Of a DNA stretch of 64,000 nt, positions 40,160 to 51,029 are shown one piece after another; the first letter of the stretch is position 1, and each line of letters starts with the position of its first letter. Below the pieces are notes generated by a model that saw only the letters and a program-made list of their open reading frames with translations, ran no database searches and was not told where the DNA came from. The position numbers and the translations under genes are program-made. The stretch is from an uncultured Mycoplasmatota bacterium (GTDB lineage Bacteria > Bacillota_I > Bacilli_A > RF39 > UBA660), in the NCBI GenBank assembly GCA_900543825.1, contig UQSR01000003.1:67315-131314 (forward strand). The letters run 5' to 3'.

Positions 40160-40232
40160 TTTTCTCACCTCTTTATCATTATAAAACAAATATAAAAATA
40201 AATAAATCAAATAAAGGTTGAAAAAGCTCAAC

Positions 40233-40934
40233 CTAAGGTTGAGCACTACAACTATCCGTAAGTGATAAAGGAACTCTATATGAAGTAACATTATCATCAC
40301 TATCAGTAGCATCAATTAAAAGATATAAACTATTTTTATTATATTTTTTACAACTTCTTTTATAATTATCAATATGAAAACTAACATTCTTAAAAAAATC
40401 TTCTAATTTCATACCATTATCATTATAATCATATTCATCTATTTTAGTTTCAATATTACCATTACTCTCATATAAAGCACATTTAATCTTCTTATATAAA
40501 GTATTATCTTCACCACCACAGTAATTAATATTAGATATATATATTGAAGACTTATTATCATTATAGGCTATACTACCACTAATATTAAAATTATTACAAT
40601 TAGCACTAATAGTTTTAAATTCAAAATCATCATCATTACTAAAATGAATAATTAAAAAAACAATAAGAAAAATAAATATTATAAGCAAAATAATAAACAT
40701 AGATTTATAATTTTTCTTCTTACTAGTAGTTTTGCCATCTAATAAATCAGAAAGCGGAGTATCAAAATCTTCACTAATCTGCTTTAATAACATAATATCC
40801 GGTATATTCTTACCATTTTCCCATTTACTAACAGCCTGATAAGTAACACCATATCTCTCTGCAAATTCCGCTTGTGTTAAATTATTCTTTTTTCTAATCT
40901 CTTTTATAAGATTACCAATTTTCTCCTGATTCAT
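40233..40934 (-). CDS. Membrane-anchored XRE-family HTH transcriptional regulator with an extracytoplasmic C-terminal domain
   Basis: N-terminal HTH_3 (LTQAEFAERYGVTYQAVSKWENGKNIP), one TM helix and a Cys-containing ectodomain. Confidence 0.6.
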   Translation of the reverse strand: MNQEKIGNLIKEIRKKNNLTQAEFAERYGVTYQAVSKWENGKNIPDIMLLKQISEDFDTPLSDLLDGKTTSKKKNYKSMFIILLIIFIFLIVFLIIHFSNDDDFEFKTISANCNNFNISGSIAYNDNKSSIYISNINYCGGEDNTLYKKIKCALYESNGNIETKIDEYDYNDNGMKLEDFFKNVSFHIDNYKRSCKKYNKNSLYLLIDATDSDDNVTSYRVPLSLTDSCSAQP

Positions 40935-41002
40935 TTTTCACTTCCTCTATTGCAAATTTATTATATCACAAAAACACTTTCTTCTCATCATTTAATTATA
41001 TA

Positions 41003-41623
41003 TTATTTATCATATTTTTTTGAAGCTAAGTAGTCAACATAAATTTTATCTTTAAACATTTCTTTATATTTATCAATAGTTTCATTAACATTAAACCAAT
41101 ATACACTTGTTAATATTCCATCATATGGATCAATATCAGTTTGTTCTAATATACCACCTAATGCTTCTATTGTTTTAACAGAACCCAAATTACTTGCTTC
41201 ACAAACTAATTTAACATTATTTATATTATTTTTTTGTGCTTCAATTAAGCCTAAATATAAATTAATTTTATTATATCCTTTTTTTCTTTCAGTAGGACGT
41301 ATTCCATATCCTATATTTCCATCAAATTTCTTCATCTTTCCTGATAAACTTAAACGAATATTCAATGCACCAACTACTCTATTATCATTCTCTCTAATTA
41401 ACAAAAAAGTCCTTACCTGACATTTACCAATTCTCTTAGCATATTCTTTATTTCCAAGATTCAAGCAATATTCCAATGCTTGTTTAAAAGTATAACCATC
41501 TAATATTTTAGCTAAAATCTCTATACCATTAATATCAGAATTATAAAGAACTAATTCATTAATATAATCAATTATCTCGTTTTTTCTTTCAATTGAAGGA
41601 ATTTCTAAATAAAAACGTTCCAT
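41003..41623 (-). CDS. GNAT-family N-acetyltransferase-like protein
   Basis: Acetyl-CoA binding-like segment (RVVGALNIRL…GYGIRPTERKKGY). The start was taken at MERFY (GGTAGGTG RBS). The ORF-track start is a GTG. Confidence 0.45.
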   Translation of the reverse strand: MERFYLEIPSIERKNEIIDYINELVLYNSDINGIEILAKILDGYTFKQALEYCLNLGNKEYAKRIGKCQVRTFLLIRENDNRVVGALNIRLSLSGKMKKFDGNIGYGIRPTERKKGYNKINLYLGLIEAQKNNINNVKLVCEASNLGSVKTIEALGGILEQTDIDPYDGILTSVYWFNVNETIDKYKEMFKDKIYVDYLASKKYDK

Positions 41624-41675
41624 ATAGTACACCTACCATTCAAAAATATTATTTAATTTTTTATACCAATATACA

Positions 41676-42857
41676 TCATTTAAGTTTTAACAAACATACA
41701 CTTTCAACATGTTTAGTATTAGGAAAATTATCAAACAAAGTAATTTTATCAAGAACATACTTATCCTTTAACATATCAATATCTCTAGCTAATGTAATAG
41801 TATTGCATGATACATATACAATCTTTTTAGCACCACTATTAAGTAAATTATTAATAGTTTTTTTATCAAGTCCCCCTCTAGGAGGATCAACTACTATAAC
41901 ATCATAATTATTAATCAAAATACTATTAGCATTAACCATATCAAAACTAATATTTTTAATATTATTAATCTTCTTATTAACATTAGCTCCAGTTACAGCA
42001 TCTTCATTAATTTCAATACCATGAACGTCATCAAAATTATCAGCTAAATATATACCAATTGTTCCAGCTCCACAATATAAATCTAAAAGACTATGACCAC
42101 TTCCAGCAGACTCTTTAACTTCATCATACAACCCTCTAATCATATCAGTATTAACCTGAAAAAAAGAATTAGGATATATAGCATACTTAAATTTATCAAC
42201 AAGTATATTAATATACTCCTTACCATATATAACATTACCATTAAAAACAATACTACTTACATTACCATCTAGCCTACAAATAATATCATTATTAATATCA
42301 TCACCATTAATAATAACCATTATTTCATCAGTACCACGAATAACAATATCTCTAATACCATATAAATCACAATCATTAAGAATTCCAATAACTTTATTAA
42401 TATTATCATTAACAAGTAAACACCTACTAATAGAAATATAATCATTACTATTCTTTTCTATCAAACATAACTTACCATCATTAATCCTCAAAGAAATTTT
42501 ATTACGATAACCAAATATATTATCACTAGAAATAATACTAGGATTAATATCTAAACCAGCATATCGTTTCATAACATCAACAACCATATTTTTCTTATAC
42601 ATAAGACTAGTTTTATAATTCAAATATCCAAAATCACATCCACCACACTTATCACTATAAGGACATTTATTTTCTATTCTATCACTACATTTCTCAATAT
42701 AAGAAATAACCTTAGCTTCATTAAAATTCTTTTTTTCATTTATAATTTTAACATCAACTATTTCATTTGGTAAGACATCACTCACAAAAGTAATCTTATT
42801 ATTAATTTTAGTTATACCTCTCAAATCATGAGACAATTTATCTACTTTAACTATCAT
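41676..42857 (-). CDS. rlmD: 23S rRNA (uracil-C5)-methyltransferase RlmD/RumA family
   Basis: TRAM domain, a Fe-S Cys cluster (CPYSDKCGGCDFGYL), a SAM motif (LDLYCGAGTIG) and VDPPRGG. Confidence 0.8.
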   Translation of the reverse strand: MIVKVDKLSHDLRGITKINNKITFVSDVLPNEIVDVKIINEKKNFNEAKVISYIEKCSDRIENKCPYSDKCGGCDFGYLNYKTSLMYKKNMVVDVMKRYAGLDINPSIISSDNIFGYRNKISLRINDGKLCLIEKNSNDYISISRCLLVNDNINKVIGILNDCDLYGIRDIVIRGTDEIMVIINGDDINNDIICRLDGNVSSIVFNGNVIYGKEYINILVDKFKYAIYPNSFFQVNTDMIRGLYDEVKESAGSGHSLLDLYCGAGTIGIYLADNFDDVHGIEINEDAVTGANVNKKINNIKNISFDMVNANSILINNYDVIVVDPPRGGLDKKTINNLLNSGAKKIVYVSCNTITLARDIDMLKDKYVLDKITLFDNFPNTKHVESVCLLKLK

Positions 42858-42899
42858 TTCACATCACATAAATATTATATCAAAAAAAAGAAAAGAAGT

Positions 42900-43832
42900 C
42901 TATGACTTCATAAGTTCACTAATAATATCTTCTACTGTAACAATACCAAGAAAATTATTACTTCTATCAGTAACTAAAGCCATATGTGCTCTAGCATTGT
43001 TAAGAAGTTCAAGACAAGAAGCCAAATTAGTACTCTTACTAATACATATTGGTTCCATCATAGATCTCTTAATACTAATAGTACCATTATCAAGTATTTC
43101 ATCAAGTAAATCAACTTCATATAAAATACCTACAGCCTTACCCTCTTTATTAATAATAGGAATTCTATCATGATTATCTCTAAATATACACTTCTTAACT
43201 TTATATGAAGAGTCAGTATCATACAAATAAGAAACATCATTTTTATCAACCATAACATTACTTACCTTAAGCTTTTTTAATAAAACAGCCTTCTGAATAA
43301 ACACACTCTCTTTTTCATCTACTACTCCCTCACCTTCAATTGTTTTAACAATCTCAACAAGCTCATCTTTTGTAGCGGTAACCTTATGATCATTCTTAAC
43401 CTTATTTTCAAATTTACTAATAATTTTATTAAGTGGTATAAAAATAACAAACAAATACTTAAGTATATAACAATACTCCATAGCAAAATCTTCAGAATAT
43501 TCCCTAGCAAGTATTTTAGGAATAATTTCCGTAAATATCAAAATAAATAAAGTAAGTATTAAAGTAACAATCCATACATATTTATCCCCAATTAAATTAG
43601 AAAAATAAAGAGTTGTAAGAGAAGATACAGAAATACTAATAATACAATTAATAACCAAAATAACCGTAACAACCTCTGAATATTTCTGATATAAATCATA
43701 TACTACTTTAGCTCTCTTATTACCATTATCTTTAAGTTTCTTAATTCTAATAATATTAAGACTAGAAAAAGAGACTTCAACTACAGAACAAACCGCTAAA
43801 AGAAATAAAAGTATTGCTATAACAAAAATCAT
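42900..43832 (-). CDS. CNNM/HlyC/CorC-family transporter (DUF21 plus a CBS pair)
   Basis: N-terminal DUF21 TM domain and tandem CBS domains. Confidence 0.7.
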   Translation of the reverse strand: MIFVIAILLFLLAVCSVVEVSFSSLNIIRIKKLKDNGNKRAKVVYDLYQKYSEVVTVILVINCIISISVSSLTTLYFSNLIGDKYVWIVTLILTLFILIFTEIIPKILAREYSEDFAMEYCYILKYLFVIFIPLNKIISKFENKVKNDHKVTATKDELVEIVKTIEGEGVVDEKESVFIQKAVLLKKLKVSNVMVDKNDVSYLYDTDSSYKVKKCIFRDNHDRIPIINKEGKAVGILYEVDLLDEILDNGTISIKRSMMEPICISKSTNLASCLELLNNARAHMALVTDRSNNFLGIVTVEDIISELMKS

Positions 43833-44869
43833 CTAACTACAACTCCCTCTTTATTAAATAAAAAATCTTCATTATTATATAAACCTATCTTTTTATTTTC
43901 AAAATTACTATAAATATATTTATATTCTACTTCTATAAATTTTTTCTTGTTATAGTTATATGAATAATACTTATTATTATAATTAACAACAATAAAATGC
44001 TCTCTATTACCATCAAAAATATAAAAGTTATTAATCCTAACATCATAATTAGGACAATACTTACTAAATATATATTTATATACTTCTCCTAATTCATATG
44101 TACCAATCATATAAGCATTAATAATATTTTCTGTCAAAGAAAGAATTTTATAAACAATATCACTATCCGTATAATCTATATTCTTTAATGCCTTCTCAAT
44201 ATAATAATCACTATAATCTGAATTAATATATCCTATTTTAATATCAATATCTTTATTATTATTATATTTATCAAAGTAATGTGTACTAAAATTACCTTGA
44301 ATATAACTAATATCATTAAATAGATCAACTACTATAAAATCATCTTTAATATTAATCTTATTAGCAATATTCCCCTTTATAGAATTATTAATAATTTCAC
44401 CACTAATACCAATTCTACTACATATATACATAAATATTTTACTAAGAGATATATTAGTAATTTTACCAGTTGATAAAGCACCCCATATATTATTAATAGT
44501 ACTAATACTACCAAAAGAAATAACATCATTTTTATTATCAATAGTATTAATATCTAAAGATAATATTTTTCCAAGTTTAATATATACATATCTAACTTTT
44601 TCAATATCCGTAATATCAGAAGGCATCATATCCACAATATTATCAATAATAGCTTCACCTGATTTAAACATATCATAATTGGCATAGATAAAACCATTTT
44701 TATTATCAATAGTATCAGTATACATATAATTTTGTCCATGCAAAAGAAAATAATCAATGACATTAACATCAACAATATTAATAGACAAATTAATATATTT
44801 AGTATTATCAGTAATATTTTCTATATCATTCATAGAATTAATACTCACAATAACATCTGTACTATTCAT
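43829..44869 (-). CDS. Hypothetical cytoplasmic protein (346 aa), immediately downstream of TasA-like paralog C
   Basis: Long ORF with no signal peptide. No family recognised. Confidence 0.4.
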   Translation of the reverse strand: MNSTDVIVSINSMNDIENITDNTKYINLSINIVDVNVIDYFLLHGQNYMYTDTIDNKNGFIYANYDMFKSGEAIIDNIVDMMPSDITDIEKVRYVYIKLGKILSLDINTIDNKNDVISFGSISTINNIWGALSTGKITNISLSKIFMYICSRIGISGEIINNSIKGNIANKINIKDDFIVVDLFNDISYIQGNFSTHYFDKYNNNKDIDIKIGYINSDYSDYYIEKALKNIDYTDSDIVYKILSLTENIINAYMIGTYELGEVYKYIFSKYCPNYDVRINNFYIFDGNREHFIVVNYNNKYYSYNYNKKKFIEVEYKYIYSNFENKKIGLYNNEDFLFNKEGVVVR

Positions 44870-44953
44870 TCTATCACCATTATAATTGTACTATATAATA
44901 AAAAAAAAATAAAGGGAATAAACCTCTAGTTTACATTTCCTTTATTAAATATA

Positions 44954-45568
44954 TTATTTCTTAATAGCAGTACCAACTTTAACAAGCCCACTAAAACTTT
45001 TATTCATAAGATTATTTTGACTACTTCCACTATCTTGAAGCCATACTCTCAAAGTACAAGTATAAGTTTTAGAAGCATTAAAAGTATTAGCAGAAGTACT
45101 CAAACTACCAAGTGATAAACTATCATTTTTTAATACATCACTAGTAAAGCTAGCGCCTGTACCACTTCCAAGATTAGTAGTAGTACTACCATCACTACAA
45201 GTAAGTTTATATTTAAAATCACTAACCTTAAGTGCATCATCAATCTTAATATTAATTAAACTAATATTAACAGCCACCTGATAACCATTTAATAAAGTAT
45301 TATTAGGAAGTATAGTAAAAACACTCTTACTAGCATAATTATCTACATCAGAAGCCGATATAGGCACTCCAGTTTTCATATTCATATATTCACTTTGACT
45401 AAATACCACTGTCAAACTAGTATCGACATTAGCGGTAGTAACATTGAAATTAGTACCATTTGTACTAACGTAATAAGCATAAGATGTTCCCCACATACCT
45501 GCCACTGCAAGTATAGACGTAATTACTAACACAAAAATAAACTTTTTAAATTTCATATTAATAATCAC
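44954..45568 (-). CDS. Secreted protein with a TasA/camelysin-type (SipW-cognate) signal peptide, paralog C
   Basis: Hydrophobic segment then GMWGTSYAYYVSTNGTNFNVTTAN. It is the last gene after the Tad locus and yebC. Confidence 0.45.
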   Translation of the reverse strand: MIINMKFKKFIFVLVITSILAVAGMWGTSYAYYVSTNGTNFNVTTANVDTSLTVVFSQSEYMNMKTGVPISASDVDNYASKSVFTILPNNTLLNGYQVAVNISLINIKIDDALKVSDFKYKLTCSDGSTTTNLGSGTGASFTSDVLKNDSLSLGSLSTSANTFNASKTYTCTLRVWLQDSGSSQNNLMNKSFSGLVKVGTAIKK

Positions 45569-45636
45569 CTCTTTATCTTACACTAATCTAGTATTATAAT
45601 ACCATATTTTAAATATAATATCAATATTTTTATTAA

Positions 45637-46356
45637 TTACATTTCCAAATTATGATATACTGCTTGTACATCATCAAGATCATTTAATGCATCAATAAGA
45701 TTACATACCTTTTCTGTAGCTTCTTCATCAAGAGCAATATAATTATTAGGTACAAAAGTAACTTCACTAACTAAAAACTTATCATATCCCATCTTAGTAA
45801 GTTCATCTTTAACTTCGATAAATTTAGTTGGATCAGTATAAATAATATAACTATCATCATCAGAAGAAAAATCAAGTACATCTAAATTAAGAACATCTTC
45901 CATAATTTTATCTTCATCATAAACATTCTCTAATACAATAATACCCTTTCTTTCAAACAAATAACTAACAGAACCATCAGTACCAAGATTACCACCCTTT
46001 TTAGTAAGTGTACTTCTGACAAATCCAGCAGTTCTATTCTTATTATCAGTAAGACAATCAATCATAATAGCAATACCATGAGGTCCATATCCCTCATATC
46101 TAATACTCTCATAATTTTCTCCCTCGCCCCTATTTTTAGCTTTATTAATAGCAGATTCAATATTGGCTTTAGGCATATTTTCTCCTTTAGCCTTTTCAAT
46201 AACCATTCTAAGAGAAGGATTATTTTCTGGATTAGGATCACCACTTTTAGCAGCTACGTAAAGTTCCTTAGCTAATTTTTGAAAAACTTTACTTCTTTCA
46301 CTATCAATTGCCCCTTTTTTTCTTTTAATAGTAGACCATTTACTATGTCCTGACAT
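45637..46356 (-). CDS. yebC: YebC/PmpR-family transcriptional regulator
   Basis: MSGHSKWSTIKRKKGAIDSERSKVFQKLAKEL. Confidence 0.9.
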   Translation of the reverse strand: MSGHSKWSTIKRKKGAIDSERSKVFQKLAKELYVAAKSGDPNPENNPSLRMVIEKAKGENMPKANIESAINKAKNRGEGENYESIRYEGYGPHGIAIMIDCLTDNKNRTAGFVRSTLTKKGGNLGTDGSVSYLFERKGIIVLENVYDEDKIMEDVLNLDVLDFSSDDDSYIIYTDPTKFIEVKDELTKMGYDKFLVSEVTFVPNNYIALDEEATEKVCNLIDALNDLDDVQAVYHNLEM

Positions 46357-46421
46357 ATTTTTCCCTCCTACATAAATTACTAATATATAATACTATTAAA
46401 ATATATTTAAGTCAAGTATAT

Positions 46422-47120
46422 TTAACCCAAACCAAGATAACTAAGAACAGCAGGTCCTAAAATAATAAGTAAAATAAGTGGAACAAAGAAAAATACCGAT
46501 ATAATACTAATTTTTGTAGGAATTTTTGACATCTTAGATTTCACTTCCATTATTCTTTTTTCTCTAAGATAATCAACCTGATTGTACATTGTATCAATAA
46601 TATTACTACCATAAATATTAGTTTGTGTTAAAGCAATAATAATATTATTAATACTATCCGAAGGAATATACTTTTGCATATCAGATAAACTTTCATTCAA
46701 ACTCTTACCATATTTAGTTTCTCTAAGAGCCTTTTTAAATTCCAAAGCAAGTTCACTACTAGAACTATTAACAGTAATAGAAATAGCCTCTACTAAATTA
46801 CGCCCAGTTTGAAGTGATAAAGTTAGAACTTCAAAGAAATATATAGCTTCAATATTAAGTTTAAAAGTTCTTTTTTTAATCTTATTATCAAGAAGTACCC
46901 ATTCAAACAAATAATAATACAAAACAACAAAAACAACTGCTAAAATATAACCATATTTAAAGAAACTAAATATAAATACAAAGAAAAATATAGAAGTAAT
47001 AAGTCTCATATTTAAAAAGTTAATAGCGGTATATTTAGAACTAACACCAAGAAAATTAATTTTCTTTTCAATTCTATCAATAAGTTTCTTATTATATAAA
47101 CTAAAATTATTATTAACCAT
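46422..47120 (-). CDS. tadC: Tad pilus assembly membrane protein (TadC-like, T2SSF domain)
   Basis: T2SSF-type TM protein in a Tad locus. Confidence 0.65.
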   Translation of the reverse strand: MVNNNFSLYNKKLIDRIEKKINFLGVSSKYTAINFLNMRLITSIFFFVFIFSFFKYGYILAVVFVVLYYYLFEWVLLDNKIKKRTFKLNIEAIYFFEVLTLSLQTGRNLVEAISITVNSSSSELALEFKKALRETKYGKSLNESLSDMQKYIPSDSINNIIIALTQTNIYGSNIIDTMYNQVDYLREKRIMEVKSKMSKIPTKISIISVFFFVPLILLIILGPAVLSYLGLG

Positions 47121-47122
47121 AA

Positions 47123-48130
47123 TTACACCTCAATCTTAAGTATTCTTCTAAGAAGTAATATATAAATAATAAACATAATAAGTATAATAGCAATAATAAT
47201 ATATCCAAGTACAGAATTAAATAAAGGATTGAAAAAAGTTGGATTAAGAATATATATAACTATTACAAATATAACTGGTATAGCAATCAAAACCTTAACA
47301 ACAAGTTTAGGTACACTACTTACATTTTTTAGTTCCTCATCAAGTTTTTTCTTATCAAATAAAGTTCTTTCTATAGAAGAAAACACTTCAACAATATTTC
47401 CTCCAGTTTTATTAAGTATTGTAAGTGATGAAGATAAATAAACAGCTTCATCAATTTCTACCCTTTTAGCAAATCTATCAAAAACAGTATCAACAGATAA
47501 TCCATATTTCATATCCAAATACATTTTTCTAAATTCATCTTTTAGAGGTCCATCAAGTTCATCACTAGCAATTTTAATAGCCTGCAATGTACTCTTACCA
47601 GATTTAAAGGCATTATTCATAACAATAACTGCTCTAAGTAAATCAGTAGCCATCTGTTTCTGTTTTCTTTTATAAATAAAGTGTAAATAAACATCCAATA
47701 TAAAATAACCAATAAAATAATTAATAACAAAATCAAATATACCAAGAACTCTCAAAGAAAAAACTTGTGAAAAAGCAGTAAATACAACAAATATAATAGC
47801 AATTACAAACTTAGTAATAATAAAATCATATCCCTCAATAATTCCATGTTTATCATAACTAATATATTTTTCATACTTCTTAGCACTCTTTTTCAAATAA
47901 AAGCTCTTATTAATTAATGGTCTCATTCTTTTAACAAATTTATAATAGCTATTCAATATCCTATCGCTATAAGAATAATAATCGCTTTTAACAGGATCAA
48001 CAGCATAATTACTTATTCTTTTAGCTTTTTTTTGAGCGCTACTAATTCTAATAACATAAACGATAATTACAAATATAACAATAATCAAAATAATTCTAAG
48101 CATAAATACCATATTCATAATTATCGCCAT
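47123..48130 (-). CDS. tadB: Tad pilus assembly membrane protein (TadB-like, T2SSF domain)
   Basis: T2SSF-type TM protein adjacent to the CpaF ATPase. Confidence 0.65.
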   Translation of the reverse strand: MAIIMNMVFMLRIILIIVIFVIIVYVIRISSAQKKAKRISNYAVDPVKSDYYSYSDRILNSYYKFVKRMRPLINKSFYLKKSAKKYEKYISYDKHGIIEGYDFIITKFVIAIIFVVFTAFSQVFSLRVLGIFDFVINYFIGYFILDVYLHFIYKRKQKQMATDLLRAVIVMNNAFKSGKSTLQAIKIASDELDGPLKDEFRKMYLDMKYGLSVDTVFDRFAKRVEIDEAVYLSSSLTILNKTGGNIVEVFSSIERTLFDKKKLDEELKNVSSVPKLVVKVLIAIPVIFVIVIYILNPTFFNPLFNSVLGYIIIAIILIMFIIYILLLRRILKIEV

Positions 48131-48138
48131 CCTTTCTA

Positions 48139-49467
48139 TTAATTAAACATATCTTTAAGTTCCAAACCTTTTCTTACAATTTTATCATAAACTAAAGGCT
48201 TTCTTTTATACATTCTAAACTCTCCAACTGCATTACCATCACCAGATACACCAGTTTGTTTAAAAGTAAATATATCTTTAAGTAAAATATTACCATCTTC
48301 CATACCTGCTACCTCACTAATAGAAGTAATCTTTCTTTTACCATCAGATAATCTATCTATTTGTATAACAATATCAATTGCGTTTTCAATATAACCACGA
48401 ACCGCCGATACAGGTATTTCCATTTCATTCATTAAAATCATTGTTTCAAGCCTATTTATAGCATCAATAGGATTATTAGCATGAAGAGTAGTAAGAGATC
48501 CCTCGTGTCCAGTATTCATAGCTTGCATCATATCAAAAGCTTCTTTACCTCTAACCTCCCCAACTATAATTCTATCAGGTCTCATTCTAAGAGAGTTTCT
48601 AACCAAATCACGAATAGTAACCTCTCCTTCACCCTCATAATTAGTAAGTCTAGTTTCAAGAGAAATAACATGTCTCTGATGTAAATTAAGTTCTGCAGCA
48701 TCTTCAATTGTAATAATTCTCTCATCATCGCCAAGAAAACCAGATAAAATATTTAAAAGTGTTGTTTTACCAGTACCAGTTCCACCAGATATGACAATAT
48801 TAAGCTTAGCCATAACAGCAGCTTCCAAAAATCTCGCCATATTAACAGTTAATGAACCATTTCTAAGTAAATCATCAATATTTTCTAATTTTTTATTAAA
48901 TTTTCTAATTGTAAGTACTGGTCCTTTCAAACTAAGTGGTGGAATAATAGCATTAAGTCTCGAACCATCACAAAGTCTAGCATCCACCATCGGATTAGCG
49001 GCATCAATAGTCCTACCAAGAGGCTGTACAATTCTTTGTATTGTACGAATAATATGTTTATCATTAATAAATGAAACAGTCTCATCCTTTACAATTTTAC
49101 CATCTATTTCAACATAAATTTCATCAGGAGCATTAACCATAATTTCTGTAATAGCATTATCATTAAGTAAAGGTGTAATAGGTCCATATCCCATAATCTC
49201 ATTTTGAATCAAATTAAATATATGTTCTCTTTCCAAAGAGTTCAAATCATAACCAACTAGAGTATTATCAATTTCATCATTAATATAATCTTCTAAAAGC
49301 TCATCATCAGGGATATTCTCTTCAATTAAATTTTGAACAATTTTAACCCTAAGCTCCTCAAGTAAATTTTTATTACGAAAAACATCATAGTCATTAACAT
49401 CTTCATTTGAAGAAAAAACCTTAGGCTCAACTTCAAAAGCTTCCATTAAACTTTTCTTATTAGCCAT
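48139..49467 (-). CDS. tadA: CpaF/TadA secretion ATPase
   Basis: Walker [12 protein letters not shown] plus Asp and His boxes. The 442-aa size is typical of CpaF. Confidence 0.85.
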   Translation of the reverse strand: MANKKSLMEAFEVEPKVFSSNEDVNDYDVFRNKNLLEELRVKIVQNLIEENIPDDELLEDYINDEIDNTLVGYDLNSLEREHIFNLIQNEIMGYGPITPLLNDNAITEIMVNAPDEIYVEIDGKIVKDETVSFINDKHIIRTIQRIVQPLGRTIDAANPMVDARLCDGSRLNAIIPPLSLKGPVLTIRKFNKKLENIDDLLRNGSLTVNMARFLEAAVMAKLNIVISGGTGTGKTTLLNILSGFLGDDERIITIEDAAELNLHQRHVISLETRLTNYEGEGEVTIRDLVRNSLRMRPDRIIVGEVRGKEAFDMMQAMNTGHEGSLTTLHANNPIDAINRLETMILMNEMEIPVSAVRGYIENAIDIVIQIDRLSDGKRKITSISEVAGMEDGNILLKDIFTFKQTGVSGDGNAVGEFRMYKRKPLVYDKIVRKGLELKDMFN

Positions 49468-50234
49468 TATTTTTCCTCCTTACCATGCCTATCATCAATC
49501 AAATCAATTGCAAGTTTTTTCATATTAGAAACATCTTTTTGATGAAAAGCATTAATACTTTTATTAAGAGTTAAAATTTCACCATTCATTACATATTTAT
49601 CTATATTTTTAATATAATAACTACTAGAAATAGTATAATCAATATTACCTTTAATAGAAGTTCTAATATCATATAAAGACATATAGTCTCTACCAGTATC
49701 TCTAGAACTATTAAGAAGAGTTAAATAATTACTCTTACCAGTATTTTTAAATATACTAATTAAACTCTTAGTATTCTTTAAATCAATTAAATCATTAGTA
49801 ACAATAAGTAATGACATATAAGAATTATCAAGTACAGTTAAATTAATTTCATCAAGAATATGTGAAGTATCAACAAGTATAACATCATATTCATGCTTAA
49901 CCATATCAAAAATAACAGGTATAAACTTACTAGGAATTTTAGAAGCTTCTCTTGGATCTCTAGGACAAGCTAAAACATCAATATTGCTATTATAAGTAGT
50001 AATATAATCCCTAAACTCAGTAAATCTATTATTAGACATACTATCTACCATCATAAAAATATCTTTATCATTATTAATATTTAAAGATACAGCAATACCA
50101 CCAGAATACAAATCCATATCAATAATTAATACACGTTTTCCCATACTGCAATAAATACCAGCTAAATTAAGTGTCATAGTGGTCTTGCCAACGCCACCTT
50201 TAACAGAAAAAACACTAATTACTTTACCTGTCAT
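49467..50234 (-). CDS. CpaE/TadZ-like ParA/MinD-family ATPase
   Basis: Deviant Walker A VFSVKGGVGKTT. Located in the Tad locus. Confidence 0.65.
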   Translation of the reverse strand: MTGKVISVFSVKGGVGKTTMTLNLAGIYCSMGKRVLIIDMDLYSGGIAVSLNINNDKDIFMMVDSMSNNRFTEFRDYITTYNSNIDVLACPRDPREASKIPSKFIPVIFDMVKHEYDVILVDTSHILDEINLTVLDNSYMSLLIVTNDLIDLKNTKSLISIFKNTGKSNYLTLLNSSRDTGRDYMSLYDIRTSIKGNIDYTISSSYYIKNIDKYVMNGEILTLNKSINAFHQKDVSNMKKLAIDLIDDRHGKEEK

Positions 50235-50238
50235 AATA

Positions 50239-50628
50239 TCACTTAACCCTTTCTATCTTTTTTTTACCATTAACTATTTTACCATTATATTCACTTTTAA
50301 CAAAAGTTAAATTAAAATTAAACATCTTCCCAAAAACACCCTTAATATTTTTTTTAAAAGAAATATCAACACTATTATCAATAATCATAATTGAAATATC
50401 ATCAAGATTATTATCATTTTTTAAAATAAGTGTATTCAAATCATCTTCATCAATACTATCAATATTATCAAGAGCATAATCCACTACCATATAATTAGTA
50501 TTAGAAAGTCTATCCTTTTCATATATAGCATTACCTACATCATATACTAAAGTAAGAATTAAAAGCAATATAGGAAGCAAAATAATAAACATTACAAGAG
50601 ACTGTCCTTTATTATTAAGCCTCAACAT
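50239..50628 (-). CDS. TadE-like pseudopilin
   Basis: N-terminus MLRLNNKGQSLVMFIILLPILLLIL, giving a G|Q prepilin-peptidase site followed by a hydrophobic segment. Confidence 0.6.
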   Translation of the reverse strand: MLRLNNKGQSLVMFIILLPILLLILTLVYDVGNAIYEKDRLSNTNYMVVDYALDNIDSIDEDDLNTLILKNDNNLDDISIMIIDNSVDISFKKNIKGVFGKMFNFNLTFVKSEYNGKIVNGKKKIERVK

Positions 50629-50953
50629 TAGGTATAGTCCTTTCTACCTTTATGTTATAAGGATTACCCAAAATACGATTAAGCCCTGGAGTCATAATAT
50701 CAACATCATCATTAATAATAATTTTAGTATACTTATCATCACTACTTATATTAATTTTAACCTTAGGATATAAATTTTTAATATCATCAATATTATCACT
50801 ATTCTTAATCATTGCAGTAACATCAACACTAATGTTTTCAAGTTCATTTTTCTTACTCAAAATCATTCCAAAATCAACTATTGCAAATAACATTAATATA
50901 AATATAGGTAAAATAAGAACAAATTCTACTAATGCTTGACCCTTTCTATTCAT
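50615..50953 (-). CDS. TadE-like pseudopilin
   Basis: N-terminus MNRKGQALVEFVLILPIFILMLFAIVDFG, the TadE N-terminal motif. Confidence 0.65.
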   Translation of the reverse strand: MNRKGQALVEFVLILPIFILMLFAIVDFGMILSKKNELENISVDVTAMIKNSDNIDDIKNLYPKVKINISSDDKYTKIIINDDVDIMTPGLNRILGNPYNIKVERTIPNVEA

Positions 50954-51029
50954 TGGACACTCTCCCTATTATCAAATATAATTATATCAAATAATACAAA
51001 AAAAAGAAAGATTATTTTAATCTTTCTTA

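Noticed and set aside
39551-40315. Long N-terminal extension of the thioredoxin-like ORF, overlapping the XRE regulator gene
   Set aside because: The extension is hydrophobic low-complexity with no RBS. A GAGGTG RBS precedes the internal ATG at 40159 (MKKKLIII…), which also removes the overlap.
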